A stretch of 64,000 nucleotides of DNA from an uncultured Verrucomicrobiae bacterium (lineage in GTDB: Bacteria > Verrucomicrobiota > Verrucomicrobiia > Chthoniobacterales > Chthoniobacteraceae), in NCBI GenBank assembly GCA_963828525.1, contig CAWHEP010000002.1, positions 448,001 through 512,000 of the forward strand, written 5' to 3'. This document shows, piece by piece, positions 46,692 to 57,031 of this stretch. Position 1 is the first letter of the stretch; every line of letters begins with the position of its first letter. The position numbers and the translations under genes were made by a program. The notes under the pieces are model-generated. The model did no database searches, was not told the origin of the DNA, and was given only the letters and a program-made list of their open reading frames with translations.

Positions 46692-47258
46692 ATGAAATTT
46701 TGGCTGCAAACGGGACTGGTCGCTCGCGGCGCTTTGGCTCGTGGCTGCCGGGGTGATCTATTTACATGTGCGCCAGCAGCGGCCCACGGCGGGAAGCTGA
46801 CCGCTTATCATCCAGGGGCAGGATATCGGCGGCCTGTCCGGAGAGGCGCGGGCGCGGCGGCATCAAAGTGCGGAGGATATGCTCAACGGCCTGACCTTTG
46901 AGGAGCGGCAGCAGATGGATCGCTCGGGCGTGACGCGGAATTTCTTTCGCGAACTTACGCCGGATGAGCAGGGGGCCTTTCTCGATGCCACGCTGCCGAC
47001 CGGCTTCAAGCAAATGATGGAATCGTTTAACAGGATGGACCCGGCCAAGCGGAAGGCCTTCGTGGAGCGCGCCGTGCGAGCGGATGAAGGAGCACCCGGG
47101 CGATGCGCCGCCGCCGAATGACAAGATGGACCAGCGGGTCGTTGCGCAGGGGTTGAAGTCGTTTTACAGCGATGCGAACGCGGATGTGAAACTCGACATG
47201 GCGCCCCTCATCGAGCAAATGCAGCAGAACCTGCAGAACCCGGGGCAAAGATGGTAAC
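46692..47258 (+). CDS. Membrane-anchored helical hypothetical protein, frameshifted
   Basis: N-terminal TM, then helical repeats LNGLTFEERQQM, FRELTPDEQGAF and FNRMDPAKRKAFV; its stop overlaps the prepilin start. Confidence 0.7.
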
Positions 47259-47784
47259 GAGAAAGCGCGGCCGCGGTTTCACCTTGGTGGAACTGCTGGT
47301 GGTGGTGGCGATCATCGCGGTGCTGGCGGCTTTGGCGGCGCCCGTTTCCTCGCGCGTGATCCAGTCGGGCAAAGCCTCGGCGTGCCTTTCGAACCTGCGG
47401 CAGTTGGGCGCCGCGCTTGAGCTCCTATCTCGCCGAGCATAACCAAATGATGCCGAAGCTGCAGGCGGGCCGGCATTCCCTTTCCGAGGATATCCCGGTG
47501 ATCGACAATACCTTGAATGCGTATGCCACGGACCCGCGCATCTTTGCCTGCCCGGCGGATAACAAGGGGTTCGCGACCAGTACCGGCACCAGTTACTATT
47601 GGAACGTCGCACTCAGCGGCCAGGCGGTCAGTCATTTGCAATTTCTCCAGGTTACCGATCACGCAGCCAGATTCCGATCCTGTCCGACAAGGAAGGCTTC
47701 CATCCTTATATCTCCAACCGGGTCAACCTCCTCTACGCGGACGGGCACGCGACGCAGGATCTGCAGTTTACCACCGGCCAATGA
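47251..47784 (+). CDS. Prepilin-type N-terminal cleavage/methylation protein with H-X9-DG-like C-terminus, frameshifted
   Basis: RG|FTLVELLVVVAIIAVLAAL, ACLSNLRQLG, IFACPAD, SYYWN and FHPYISNRVNLLYADGHA. Confidence 0.9.
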
Positions 47785-48670
47785 TCCGGCTTGATCATTT
47801 GTCCAAGACCTTCGGCTCCCGTTGCGCGCTGGAGGAGTCTGTCGCTGGAGATTCCGCAGGGGCAAATCTTTGGATTACTCGGTCATAACGGCGCGGGCAA
47901 GAGCACTACATTTGGGATGATTCTGGGGCAGGTGCATCCCACCGCCGGCACCGCCTTTATCCGCGATATCTCCGTGCAGCGGAATCGCCTCCAGGCCTTG
48001 CGCGGCGTCGGGGCAATCTTCGAGACGCCGGCGTTTTACGATTACCTGAGCGGCTGGACAAACCTTTGCATCTTCACCGCCTACACGGCGCGGCTGCCGA
48101 AAGAGACAGATCATGGAAACGGTGCGGTTCGCCGGGCTGGAGAAGCGCATTCACGATCCGGTGCGCGTCTACAGCCACGGCATGCGCCAGCGGCTCGCGC
48201 TGGCCCAGGCGCTGCTGCCCCGGCCCGACCTGGTGCTGCTGGACGAGCCCGCCGAGGGACTCGATCCCGAGGGGATTCACGAGATGCGCCACCTTATCCT
48301 GCGGCTGAATCGCGAGCAAGGGATGACGGTCGTGCTCTCTTCGCACCTGCTCTCCGAGGTGGAGCAGCTTTGCGACCGCATCGCCGTTCTGAACCAGGGC
48401 CGCATGATCTTCAATGGCCAGTGGGCCGAACTGGCGGGCGAGGGGGGCCGCTTCCGGCTGGAGGTGGACGACTGGGAGAAGGCCGCCGCCGTTGCCGCAT
48501 CGCTGCCTGGATTCAAGCTCGGCACGGATCGCATGCTATCTGTTTCCGCGGAAAGCGATGTCTCCGCCCTGGTGGCGGCCCTGGTGCAGGCCGGGGTAAA
48601 AGTGCGGGCGGTGGAGCCGGTGAAACAAAGCCTGGAAGAAATCTACCTGGGGATGGTGGCCGCAGCATGA
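47781..48670 (+). CDS. ABC exporter ATP-binding subunit, frameshifted
   Basis: GLLGHNGAGKST, YSHGMRQR, LLDEPAEGLD and LSSHLLSEVE. Confidence 0.92.
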
Positions 48671-49513
48671 TGCTTTTTCTCCTCCAGCTCTGGAATGAGT
48701 TGCGCAAGATGTTCGCGCGCAAGCGCACTTACATCGGCTTCGGCGCCTTCTTCGTCGTGGAGTGCGGCATGCTCTTCCTGCTGAATCTGCCCAAGCCAAG
48801 GATCAGCTTCCAGCATCTCATCGAGCGGAACGGTTATGGTTTCGAGGAATACTACTCGGGGCTGACCCTGGCGTTGATGATGGTCATTTGGACGACCACG
48901 CTCGCTCGGTTCGCTCTATCTCGCGCTGGTGGCCGGCGATCTGATGGCGAAGGAAGTGGAGGAGGGGACGATGCGGATGCTGCATGTGCCGGCCGGTCTC
49001 GCGGCTTCGGGTGGCGTTGCTGAAGTATCTTTCCGCGGTCATTTATACCTTTGTGCTGGTGGAGTTTATCGGCATCTCCGCGCTGGCGGCGGGGATCGTT
49101 TACCGCGGCTATGGCGGGTTATTTGTCTTTGCGCCGCTGGAGGGGGTCTTCGCGCTCTTCGAGCGCGGACTGGGGCTGCGGCTTTTCCTGGAGGCGATGC
49201 CCTTGCTGGCGCTTTCCATGGTCAGCATCAGCAGCCTCGGATTTCTGTTTTCCTGCTGCAACATGAAGCCGGCGGCGGCGAGCATCGTGACTCTTTCCAT
49301 TATCTTTCTCGACTTCATTTTCCACGGCATTCCTTACTTCGAGAGCCTGAAAGGTTTACTTCATTACCACTCATCTTTCCGCCTGGATTCAGTTATTCCA
49401 GAATTATCCGCCTTGGTGGCGAATGGGCGGAGGATTACACTTACCTGCTCGGACTGGATGCCACCTGCTTCATTCTTGGCGCCGCGATTTTTCACCAGCG
49501 GGATTTGAAGTAG
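48667..49513 (+). CDS. ABC-2 family permease, frameshifted
   Basis: ELRKMFARKRTYIGF, AGDLMAKEVEEGTMRML..RPVSR..LLKY; about 6 TM segments; ends FHQRDLK. Confidence 0.88.
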
Positions 49514-49525
49514 CTGCGCAAGTCT

Positions 49526-51455
49526 TTAACTCGACAGCGCTTCCCACTCCTTGGTCAGCTTTAGCAGTTCCGCTTCCACGGAGGATAGCTCCCGGTTCAG
49601 CCGCACCGCGTCTCCGCCCGCCTCATAGGCGTCCGGGGCTTCCAGGGAGGCGGCAATTTCCCGCTGCCGGCCCTTCCAGGGAAAAGATGCGCATTTCCAG
49701 GCCCTGCGCGTGCTTCTCGCGGTCCCGCTTGGCTTTCGCCTCGGCCTTGCGCTTCTCTGCTTCCTGGCGGCGCTGCTCGCGCATTTCCTTCATGCCGAGC
49801 GCCGGCGTCCGTTCGGCGGCTTCCGGCAGCCTGCGCCGGCTGGGCGTTTTGCAGCTTGTCCCCGGCCACGAGCGCGCCGCGCTCGGAGGTCGCCCGCGAC
49901 TTATCCAGGTAATATTGGTAATCGCCGGGGTAGAAGGTCAGCTTCCCCGCGCTGATGTGCAGCAGCGTGGTGGCGATGGCGCGGATGAAATGCACGTCGT
50001 GGCTGATGAAGATGAGCGTGCCCTCGTACTGCTTGAGCGCGCCGATGAGCGCATCGATGCTGCCGATATCCAGGTGCGTGGTCGGCTCGTCCATGAGCAG
50101 CAGGTTCGGCGGGTCGAGCAGCAGCTTCACCAGCGCCAGCCGCGTCTTCTCGCCGCCGCTCAGCACGGCCACCGGCTTGAAGACATCGTCGTCGCGAAAC
50201 AGGAACGAGCCCAGCACCGTGCGCGCCATTTGTTCGGAGACCGGATTCTCCATATCCTGCACGCTCTCCAGCACGGTCTGCTTCGGGTCCAGCATCTCCA
50301 CGCGGTGTTGGGAGAAGTAGCCGACCTTTACGTTGTGCCCGAGCTCGCGGTCGCCGTGCTGCACCGGCAGCGCGCCGCCGAGCAGTTTCAGCAGCGTCGA
50401 TTTGCCCGCGCCGTTCGGCCCCACCAGCACGGTGCGCTGCCCGCGCTCCGCCTCGTAGTTCGATCCCGTCATAAACCGTCAGGTCGCCGTAGGCGTGATG
50501 CACATCCTTCAGCGCAATCACGCGCTGCCCGCTGCGCGGCGGCTGCGGAAAGCGGAAGTGGACCGTCTTCTCCTGCGCTGAGCGGCGCCTCGATCTTGTC
50601 CATGCGCTCGATCTGCTTCAGCTTGCTCTGCGCCTGGCTGGCCTTGCTCGCCTTCGCGCGGAAGCGGTCCGCAAATTCCTGCAGCGTCGCGATTTCCTTC
50701 TGCTGGTTTTTGTAGGCGGAGAGCTGCTGCTCCTCGCGCGCCGCCTTTTGCTCGATGTAGCTGTCCCAGTTTCCGCGGTAGCGCGTGAGCCGCCGGTGCG
50801 CGATCTCCACGATGCTGCCGACGAGCTTGTTCAGGAACTCCCGGTCGTGCGAGATCATCAGAATCGCGCCCGGGTAATCCAGCAGGTATTGCTGGAACCA
50901 GACGAGCGATTCGAGGTCGAGGTGGTTCGTCGGCTCGTCGAGCAGCAGCAGATCCGGCTCCTGCACCAGCAGCCGCGCCAGGTGCGCCCGCATGATCCAG
51001 CCGCCGCTCATGGTGCGCACCGGGCGGTCGAAATCCGATTGCCGGAAGGCCAGCCCGGCGAGGATGCGCTTGGCCTTCGGCTCGAGCTGCCAGCCGCCTT
51101 CCTCGTCGAAAATGCGGAGCGCCTCGTGGTGCTCCGGCGAATCCTCCGGCGTGGTCTTCATGGCGCGCAGGGCGGCCGCGATGGCCGGCGAGACCGAGCA
51201 GGCCAGCTCCAGCACCGTCTCATCCCCGGCCGGCGCGCTCTCCTGCGGCAGAAAGCCGATGCTGGCCGCGCGCTCCAGGGAGACGCGCCCTTCATCCGGC
51301 GAGGCCTCGCCGAGGATGAGCGAAAAGAGGGTCGATTTCCCCGCGCCATTGGGCCCCACCAGGCCCACGCGGTCGCCGCGGTTCACCTGCAGCGAGGCAT
51401 CCTCGAAGAGGACGCGGCCGCCGAAAGATTTGCTGACTTGAGAGATGGTGAGCAT
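49526..51455 (-). CDS. ABC-F family ATPase (ribosome-associated, Uup/YheS-like), frameshifted
   Basis: Two NBDs (GPNGAGKST twice; SGGWIMR and LSGGEKTR; LLDEPTNHLD and MDEPTTHLD), no TM segments, C-terminal coiled coil. Confidence 0.93.
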
Positions 51456-51662
51456 GGGAAAGGGCGTGAATCTTCTTCGCCCGCGCGCCGAGCGCAAGCC
51501 TCCGCGAATGGCCCGTGCGCGCGCACTCCGGTGCCGCCACCCGATTCTTGAATACATCAATGAATAAGCCGGGGCCAGCCGCGGTCTAATTTCACAGGTG
51601 CATCGCCTTCGCTGCTCCGGCGGAAAACTCCGCGACGAACCAACTCAAGAAAACAACCGTAA

Positions 51663-51956
51663 ATGAAAACCATCCAGAAACTCCTCCTTGGCCTGCTCGC
51701 CATCGCGACTCTCGCCATCGCCACGCCCGCGCAAGCCTACGATCACCACGACCGCAATTACCACGACCGCAATTACCGCGGCGGCTATAGCCATTCCTAC
51801 CGTTACTCCCACGGATACTATGGCTATGACTACGGTCGTCACTTCTACCCGTACTACGGCGGCCCGCGGCCTTACTACTATGGGCCGTATTACGCGCCCG
51901 CTTACTATCCCGGCGTGGTGGTATCCCCCCGGCGTCATTTCTTCTTTTTCTTCTAG
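51663..51956 (+). CDS. Small secreted Tyr/His/Gly/Pro-rich protein
   Basis: Signal peptide ending AQA, then YDHHDRNYHDRNY..GYYGY..PYYYGPYY. Confidence 0.7.
   Translation: MKTIQKLLLGLLAIATLAIATPAQAYDHHDRNYHDRNYRGGYSHSYRYSHGYYGYDYGRHFYPYYGGPRPYYYGPYYAPAYYPGVVVSPRRHFFFFF
51745..51774 (+). repeat. Perfect 15-bp tandem repeat, 2 copies (ACCACGACCGCAATT), coding HDRNY
   Basis: Read directly from the sequence. Confidence 0.8.
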
Positions 51957-51964
51957 GAAGAAGA

Positions 51965-53460
51965 TCAGTGCGTGCCCGGCGGCAGCTTTTCTGCCGCCGC
52001 GGTGAGGGGAAGCGGCTGCTGCTCCATCTTAAAGAGCCGTTCAAAACGCGCCTTCGCATTAGCGCTGCCATGTTTGGCCAGGTGAACCGTGCGCGGACGA
52101 TGGCTTCGCCAGATCGGTGAAGCGCACCAGCAACGCCTCTTCCTCGTCCAGCGCGTCGTCGGCCCGGTCGAAACGGTCCTGCGTCTCCTCGATCTCCCGG
52201 CAGCGGGCGGCGTCTTTGCTTAGCTGCTCGGCGGCGCCTTTGGTGGCGCTGTCGTAATCGCGTGCATCCCGCCACCGCAGCGCGGGCCAGTGGGCGAAGA
52301 GCGCGTGCAGATTGTCCAGGCGAAGGGCATTGAGCTTGTCCTGCGCTTCGCGGTAGGCCTGGGTCTGCCGGGGCTGGGCGGCGGGCTGGCTGAACATGAG
52401 GCGATCATAGGCGTCCAGCAGGCGGTGCTCGCCGCCGAGCCCCAGCCGGGCGGAGAGCGCATCCAGGGCCGCGCGTTGGGCCGGGGTGGCTGCGGCAGAG
52501 ATGAGCCGCGAAGGGGGAGCCAAAGATATCGGCGTCGCTCATTTCGGAATACCGCCGCAGGAAGAGCATGGAACTGCAGACCGGCGTGTCGATCGATTCG
52601 TCGTGGATCAAGGCATGGCAGAAGGCCTCGTGGCAGGTCACCGATGCCATCGCCATCGTAATCGGCGCCCGTGACGGGCTGTCCCAGCCGGTCGTGGCCC
52701 GAAAGCGCCCCGAAGAAATAGGAGGAGAAATCCTGGTAGAGCGGCGAGTTCGTTTCCGTGCCGCAGCCGGCGGCTTCGCGGTCGCTTTCCGCGGCGAAAA
52801 AAGCGGCCATCGGGCGCTCCAGCGCCGGCGAGATCCGGGTTGCCTTTCCGAAAGAGCACGGCGCCGAAGCCGCCGCTGAAGCACTGCGCCATCACGAGCG
52901 TGACCGGCACGCGCGGGCGGCAGCTGCTCGATCTCGCGCGCCAGCGCGGGCGGGATCCAGGTTCTCCTTGCCCCAGAGATTGTAAAAGGAGCCGCCGCCG
53001 TTTTCTCCCCGACCGGTGGAGCCGTGCCCGGCGAAATAGATGAGCACCGGCGCGCTGCCCGGCCCAGCCAGGCGGGTGAAGGCGCGGTGAATCGCGGCCG
53101 AGCCGCGCCGGGCCATCCAGCCGCACGCCGAGCTCCGGGGCGCGGGTCAGGATTTTCGCGCCGAGATCGTCATTCGGCAGCAGGATGTCCAGGGCGCGCT
53201 GACCCGGCGGGCAGGCCCGCGGAGTCGGTGTAGAGAGGCTGCGGTTCTCCGGCTTGCCATCCGCGAAGAGGACGATCCGGCCGGCGGAGGCGGGCACGAG
53301 GCCGGTGACGAAGCGGAGGTGTTCCTCGATCTGGGCGGTGTTATCCGCCTTGTCCGGGCCGCCGCCCACCAGCAGGGCGCGCAAGAGGGCGGCGCGGGCG
53401 CGGCAGGCGCGAGAGCTGCCGTCAGGATAGAAAAGCCAGGGGCCGCCAGGGAATTCTCAC
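51965..53460 (-). CDS. Exported protein with caspase-like (clan CD) His-Cys dyad motifs, frameshifted
   Basis: Signal-like N-terminus, ALLVGGG, VLIYFAGHGS, VTLVMAQCFSGGF, FFAAESDREAAGC and a helical C-terminal half. Confidence 0.6.
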
Positions 53461-53605
53461 AAGGAAAATGCGAAGCTGAACAGGAGGAGCAGGTCGATTG
53501 TCTGGGATCTGGATTCTTCTGTGCCATGAGCGGCCCGGCCAATTTCGCTCCCCAGTTTCCGGAAAAGGAGCGCAATTTGTCGCTCGACCGCCGAAATCTC
53601 AGCGC

Positions 53606-54199
53606 ATGAACAGCACGACCTCGGACCTTCCTTCCAGAGCCCCAGCCGCGCCCGGAACGCTATTTCCGCGGTTTACGAATACGTGGAGAACAACCCCATG
53701 GCCGCCGTCGTCCAGGCGCTGGCCGCCGGTTTTGTCATCGGGCTGATCATCCGCTGGCTGGAGGGCTCCGGCGAAAAGGAAGGGACGCAAGGATGTCGAT
53801 ATCGACCACAAGCCGAGCCTGGAGGAGGCGAAATTTCACCTCGGCTCGCTGCTGCTCCCTTTCCTCTGGCCCGCCTGGCAGAAGACGCGGCAGAAATACG
53901 GCGAATCCGCGGAGACCATTCAGGAAGCGGTCAGCAAGCTCAAGAAATCCGACCTGGCGAAGATCGGGGCAAAGAAGGCGAAACTGGCGGCGAAATGGGC
54001 CGACCAGGGAAGCGGCCAATCTCTCCAAGAGCGGGCAAGAAAACCAAAGCAGCAGATCCTCGAGTGGCTGGAGCAGGAGGCGGCGGAGTTGGCCAAAACC
54101 GGCAAGAAAACCGCAAAGCAAGTGGAGGACTGGGTGGACGACGAAGTCATGCCCTCTGCCTGCGAAGGCTGGAAGAAGCTGAAGAAGCTCTGGTCTTAA
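53606..54199 (+). CDS. Hypothetical membrane-anchored Lys/Glu-rich protein, frameshifted
   Basis: YVENNPMAAVVQALAAGFVIGLIIRWL (ElaB/YqjD-like anchor motif), then amphipathic helices. Confidence 0.55.
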
Positions 54200-54469
54200 A
54201 GGGTCTTTGAGGGAAATCAGGTCCCCTCGGTTAGGGGGAGCCGTCCTTGGCCTATCCGGACGGCAACTGGAACCGGAGTTCTCCGGAAACGGGCCTGTGT
54301 GCACGCCGTCGTGCGCGGCGATGACATAAACGTCAGCGGCAACAGTGATTTTAACCTGTTTGTCGCAGGGCTGCAACATCGTGGCCTCAGCGTGCGTCCC
54401 TTCGTCGGGAGCTTTCACTCTCCTTTTGAGGGTTTCCGGCGTGCACCACAACCAATTGCCCTAATCATT

Positions 54470-55339
54470 ATGATCAAATTCAAAATATCGCTGCTCGCGG
54501 GAGCCGCGGTAATCCTGCTGTCTTCTTCTCTTAACGCTCAAACGACCATCGCTGGGTGGACTTTTGAGAATAGCGGAACCGCTACAAACTTGAGTCCCCT
54601 TCCCAGCACCCTCAATGGCGCGGGTGCGTCGGCGGCTTCCATCGGAATGACCGGACCCTTCATTTCCGGAAGCGGAGTCGACTCCTCGGATATCACCCTC
54701 GGCCTGAGCGCGGACACGGGTACCAATCACGTGGCGGACCTTGGGCAGATCTGGCGCATCCGGGCTACGGGAGGCACGGGGACGAACAATGGATGGTCCA
54801 GCCAGGCGCCGCTTGGCTCGCAAGGGGCGCAGTTCAACGTGAACACCACCGGATTCGGCAACATCCAGGTCAGCTTCGACTGGTACGCGACGAACCAAGG
54901 GGAAGCGAATCTGCAGCTCCAATACACGGACGACGGATCGACCTGGTTCAACACTCCAATTTCGCTCTCGGGCTCCGACGCGGGAGCGACGGTCATGAGC
55001 AACAGCTCGAACCCGAATATCGTGATGGGGTCCTATGTCAACGGCGGCACCGCCGGGCAGGAATGGTTTACCGGTCTTACGGCCTCCATTTCGGACCTGA
55101 ATGCATTTAACGACCCGAACTTTGGCATCCGCATGGTAAACGCCGCCACCGGTTCCGCGGACGTGGCGATCAAGGGGGGAACGCCGCTCAATAATACCTC
55201 GGGCAACTGGCGTTTCGATAACGTCCTGGTCAACGGAGTGCAGGCGGTGCCGGAGCCGGGCTCGTTCATCCTAGGCGCGGGCGGGCTGGGCTTGCTGGCG
55301 GGGTTCGTGCGGGCCTGCCGCGGCAAGCGGACGGTTTGA
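54470..55339 (+). CDS. PEP-CTERM surface protein
   Basis: Signal peptide, TIAGWTF, QFNVNTTGFGNIQVSFDW, GNWRFDNV; ends VPEPGSFILGAGGLGLLAGFVRACRGKR. Confidence 0.9.
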   Translation: MIKFKISLLAGAAVILLSSSLNAQTTIAGWTFENSGTATNLSPLPSTLNGAGASAASIGMTGPFISGSGVDSSDITLGLSADTGTNHVADLGQIWRIRATGGTGTNNGWSSQAPLGSQGAQFNVNTTGFGNIQVSFDWYATNQGEANLQLQYTDDGSTWFNTPISLSGSDAGATVMSNSSNPNIVMGSYVNGGTAGQEWFTGLTASISDLNAFNDPNFGIRMVNAATGSADVAIKGGTPLNNTSGNWRFDNVLVNGVQAVPEPGSFILGAGGLGLLAGFVRACRGKRTV

Positions 55340-55374
55340 TAGTGCCGTGCGCATCTTTGAAGGAAGAGGATTAC

Positions 55375-56922
55375 ATGAACTATAAATTATGGTTAGTAGG
55401 CGCCGCAGGGCTGGTCCTGATGCAGGCAGCGGCTTTTTCGCAGGCATTCACGGCGGGTTCGCTCCTGGTGACCCGTAGCAATTACGAGGGGACGGCAGAC
55501 ATGATCGTTTCGGGATCGACCGTGCTGCCAGGCGGGCAGACGGCGGTTGCGGACGGCGCCTTTCCAGAAGTGTTCAACAACGACACGGCCGACGCGAACT
55601 TCGGGGTTACCTCCCCGGTCTTTATCGACCAAATCACCACGTCCGGAGCGCCGGTGAATATCAATCTGAATTCGTCCTATGTGAGCGGAAACACATTTGC
55701 CGTCCCCACCAGCCTGGTCTCGACCAGCTTCAGCTCGAAATCCGAATTGTCGCTGAATCTCTCTACAGATGGATCCGCAGTAACCTTCATGGGCTACGCG
55801 GCGGGAATCAATCTTTTGGATACTTCCAACTCGAACACGCCCGCGGACACGGCAGTGCCCTACGGCAGCACCACCGCGACTTACCGGGAAGTCGTGCAGT
55901 TGAATGCAAATGGGAGTCTGAGTTCGGCCACCACCAATGCTTACAGCACGAATAATGCGCGCTCCGCCATCCTGGCGAATGGGTTGTATTATACCGTAGG
56001 CAACGGCGACAGCGCCTCCTTGACCGGGGCGCAGACCGTCGTGCCGGGCTCGGTAGCCACCGCCGGCACCGCCGGCACCGCGCCGCTCGGGCAGTATATT
56101 TACCCGGGCGATAACAACAAAAACGGCAAGGATAACAACTTCCGGGGTGAGACGATTTCCAACAACCTCCTCTATGTTTCCAAGGGCAGCGGCAGCAAGG
56201 GGGTCGACTCCGTCTACCAAGTTGGCGCGGGGTCCCCGCTCGCGAACAACAATATTCTCCCCACGGGCACGAACAACCCTATCACCATCCTGCCGGGGTT
56301 GCCCGGCTCCGCCCAAGGGGCGGGGTTGAGCGGGAGCTTCACCCCTTTCGGCATCTTTGTGACCGGGACGACGATGTATGTGGCCGACGAAGGACTGGCT
56401 GCCCCGAGCCCGGGCACCTCGGTGACGGCGGGCGGCAGCAACAGTTATCTGGCCCAAGCGGCCGCGGATGCCAATGCCGGCCTGGAGAAGTGGGGGTTCG
56501 ACGGATCAAAATGGAACCTGGAATACACGCTGCAACTGGGTCTGAACCTGGGCCAGCAGTACGCCGTGGCGGGTCTGGACGCGGGTTACGATCCGGCCAC
56601 GGTCGGCTTGCGAAACTTGACCGGGAAAGTTAACCCCGACGGGACGGTGACGCTCTACTCCTTGACCTCCACGCTGAGCAATCTTGGCGACGTCGGGGCG
56701 GACTCGAACAAATTGGTTTCAGTAACCGATACGCTCGCGGATACGACCGCGGCCCAGGCCTCCAGCGAGCAATTTACCACGCTGGAGACCGCCGGGGCGG
56801 GCCAGGTATTAAGGGGAGTGGCGTTCGCGCCCGTTGCCGTGCCGGAGCCCAGCACCTGGGGGATGGCATTCGCCGGGATGGCGATGCTCTTGCTCGCGGG
56901 GCGGACGCGCAGAGCGGGTTAG
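55375..56922 (+). CDS. PEP-CTERM surface protein (probable beta-propeller)
   Basis: Signal peptide, SFSSKSELSLNLSTDG, KDNNFRG, LYVSKGSG, MYVADEG, GLRNLTG and LRGVAFAP; ends VPEPSTWGMAFAGMAMLLLAGRTRR. Confidence 0.9.
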   Translation: MNYKLWLVGAAGLVLMQAAAFSQAFTAGSLLVTRSNYEGTADMIVSGSTVLPGGQTAVADGAFPEVFNNDTADANFGVTSPVFIDQITTSGAPVNINLNSSYVSGNTFAVPTSLVSTSFSSKSELSLNLSTDGSAVTFMGYAAGINLLDTSNSNTPADTAVPYGSTTATYREVVQLNANGSLSSATTNAYSTNNARSAILANGLYYTVGNGDSASLTGAQTVVPGSVATAGTAGTAPLGQYIYPGDNNKNGKDNNFRGETISNNLLYVSKGSGSKGVDSVYQVGAGSPLANNNILPTGTNNPITILPGLPGSAQGAGLSGSFTPFGIFVTGTTMYVADEGLAAPSPGTSVTAGGSNSYLAQAAADANAGLEKWGFDGSKWNLEYTLQLGLNLGQQYAVAGLDAGYDPATVGLRNLTGKVNPDGTVTLYSLTSTLSNLGDVGADSNKLVSVTDTLADTTAAQASSEQFTTLETAGAGQVLRGVAFAPVAVPEPSTWGMAFAGMAMLLLAGRTRRAG

Positions 56923-56947
56923 TCTGGCGCAAAGCACCGGAAAGCCT

Positions 56948-56986
56948 GGAAAAGGCGGTTACTTCGGGTAACCGCCTTTTCCTTTT
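56948..56986 (+). terminator. Intrinsic terminator
   Basis: GGAAAAGGCGGTTAC-TTCGG-GTAACCGCCTTTTCC followed by TTTT, 25 bp after the PEP-CTERM stop. Confidence 0.88.
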
Positions 56987-57031
56987 CGTGCGAGTCTCCC
57001 CGGTTCGGGATAAACTCGCTTCCGTAAAACA

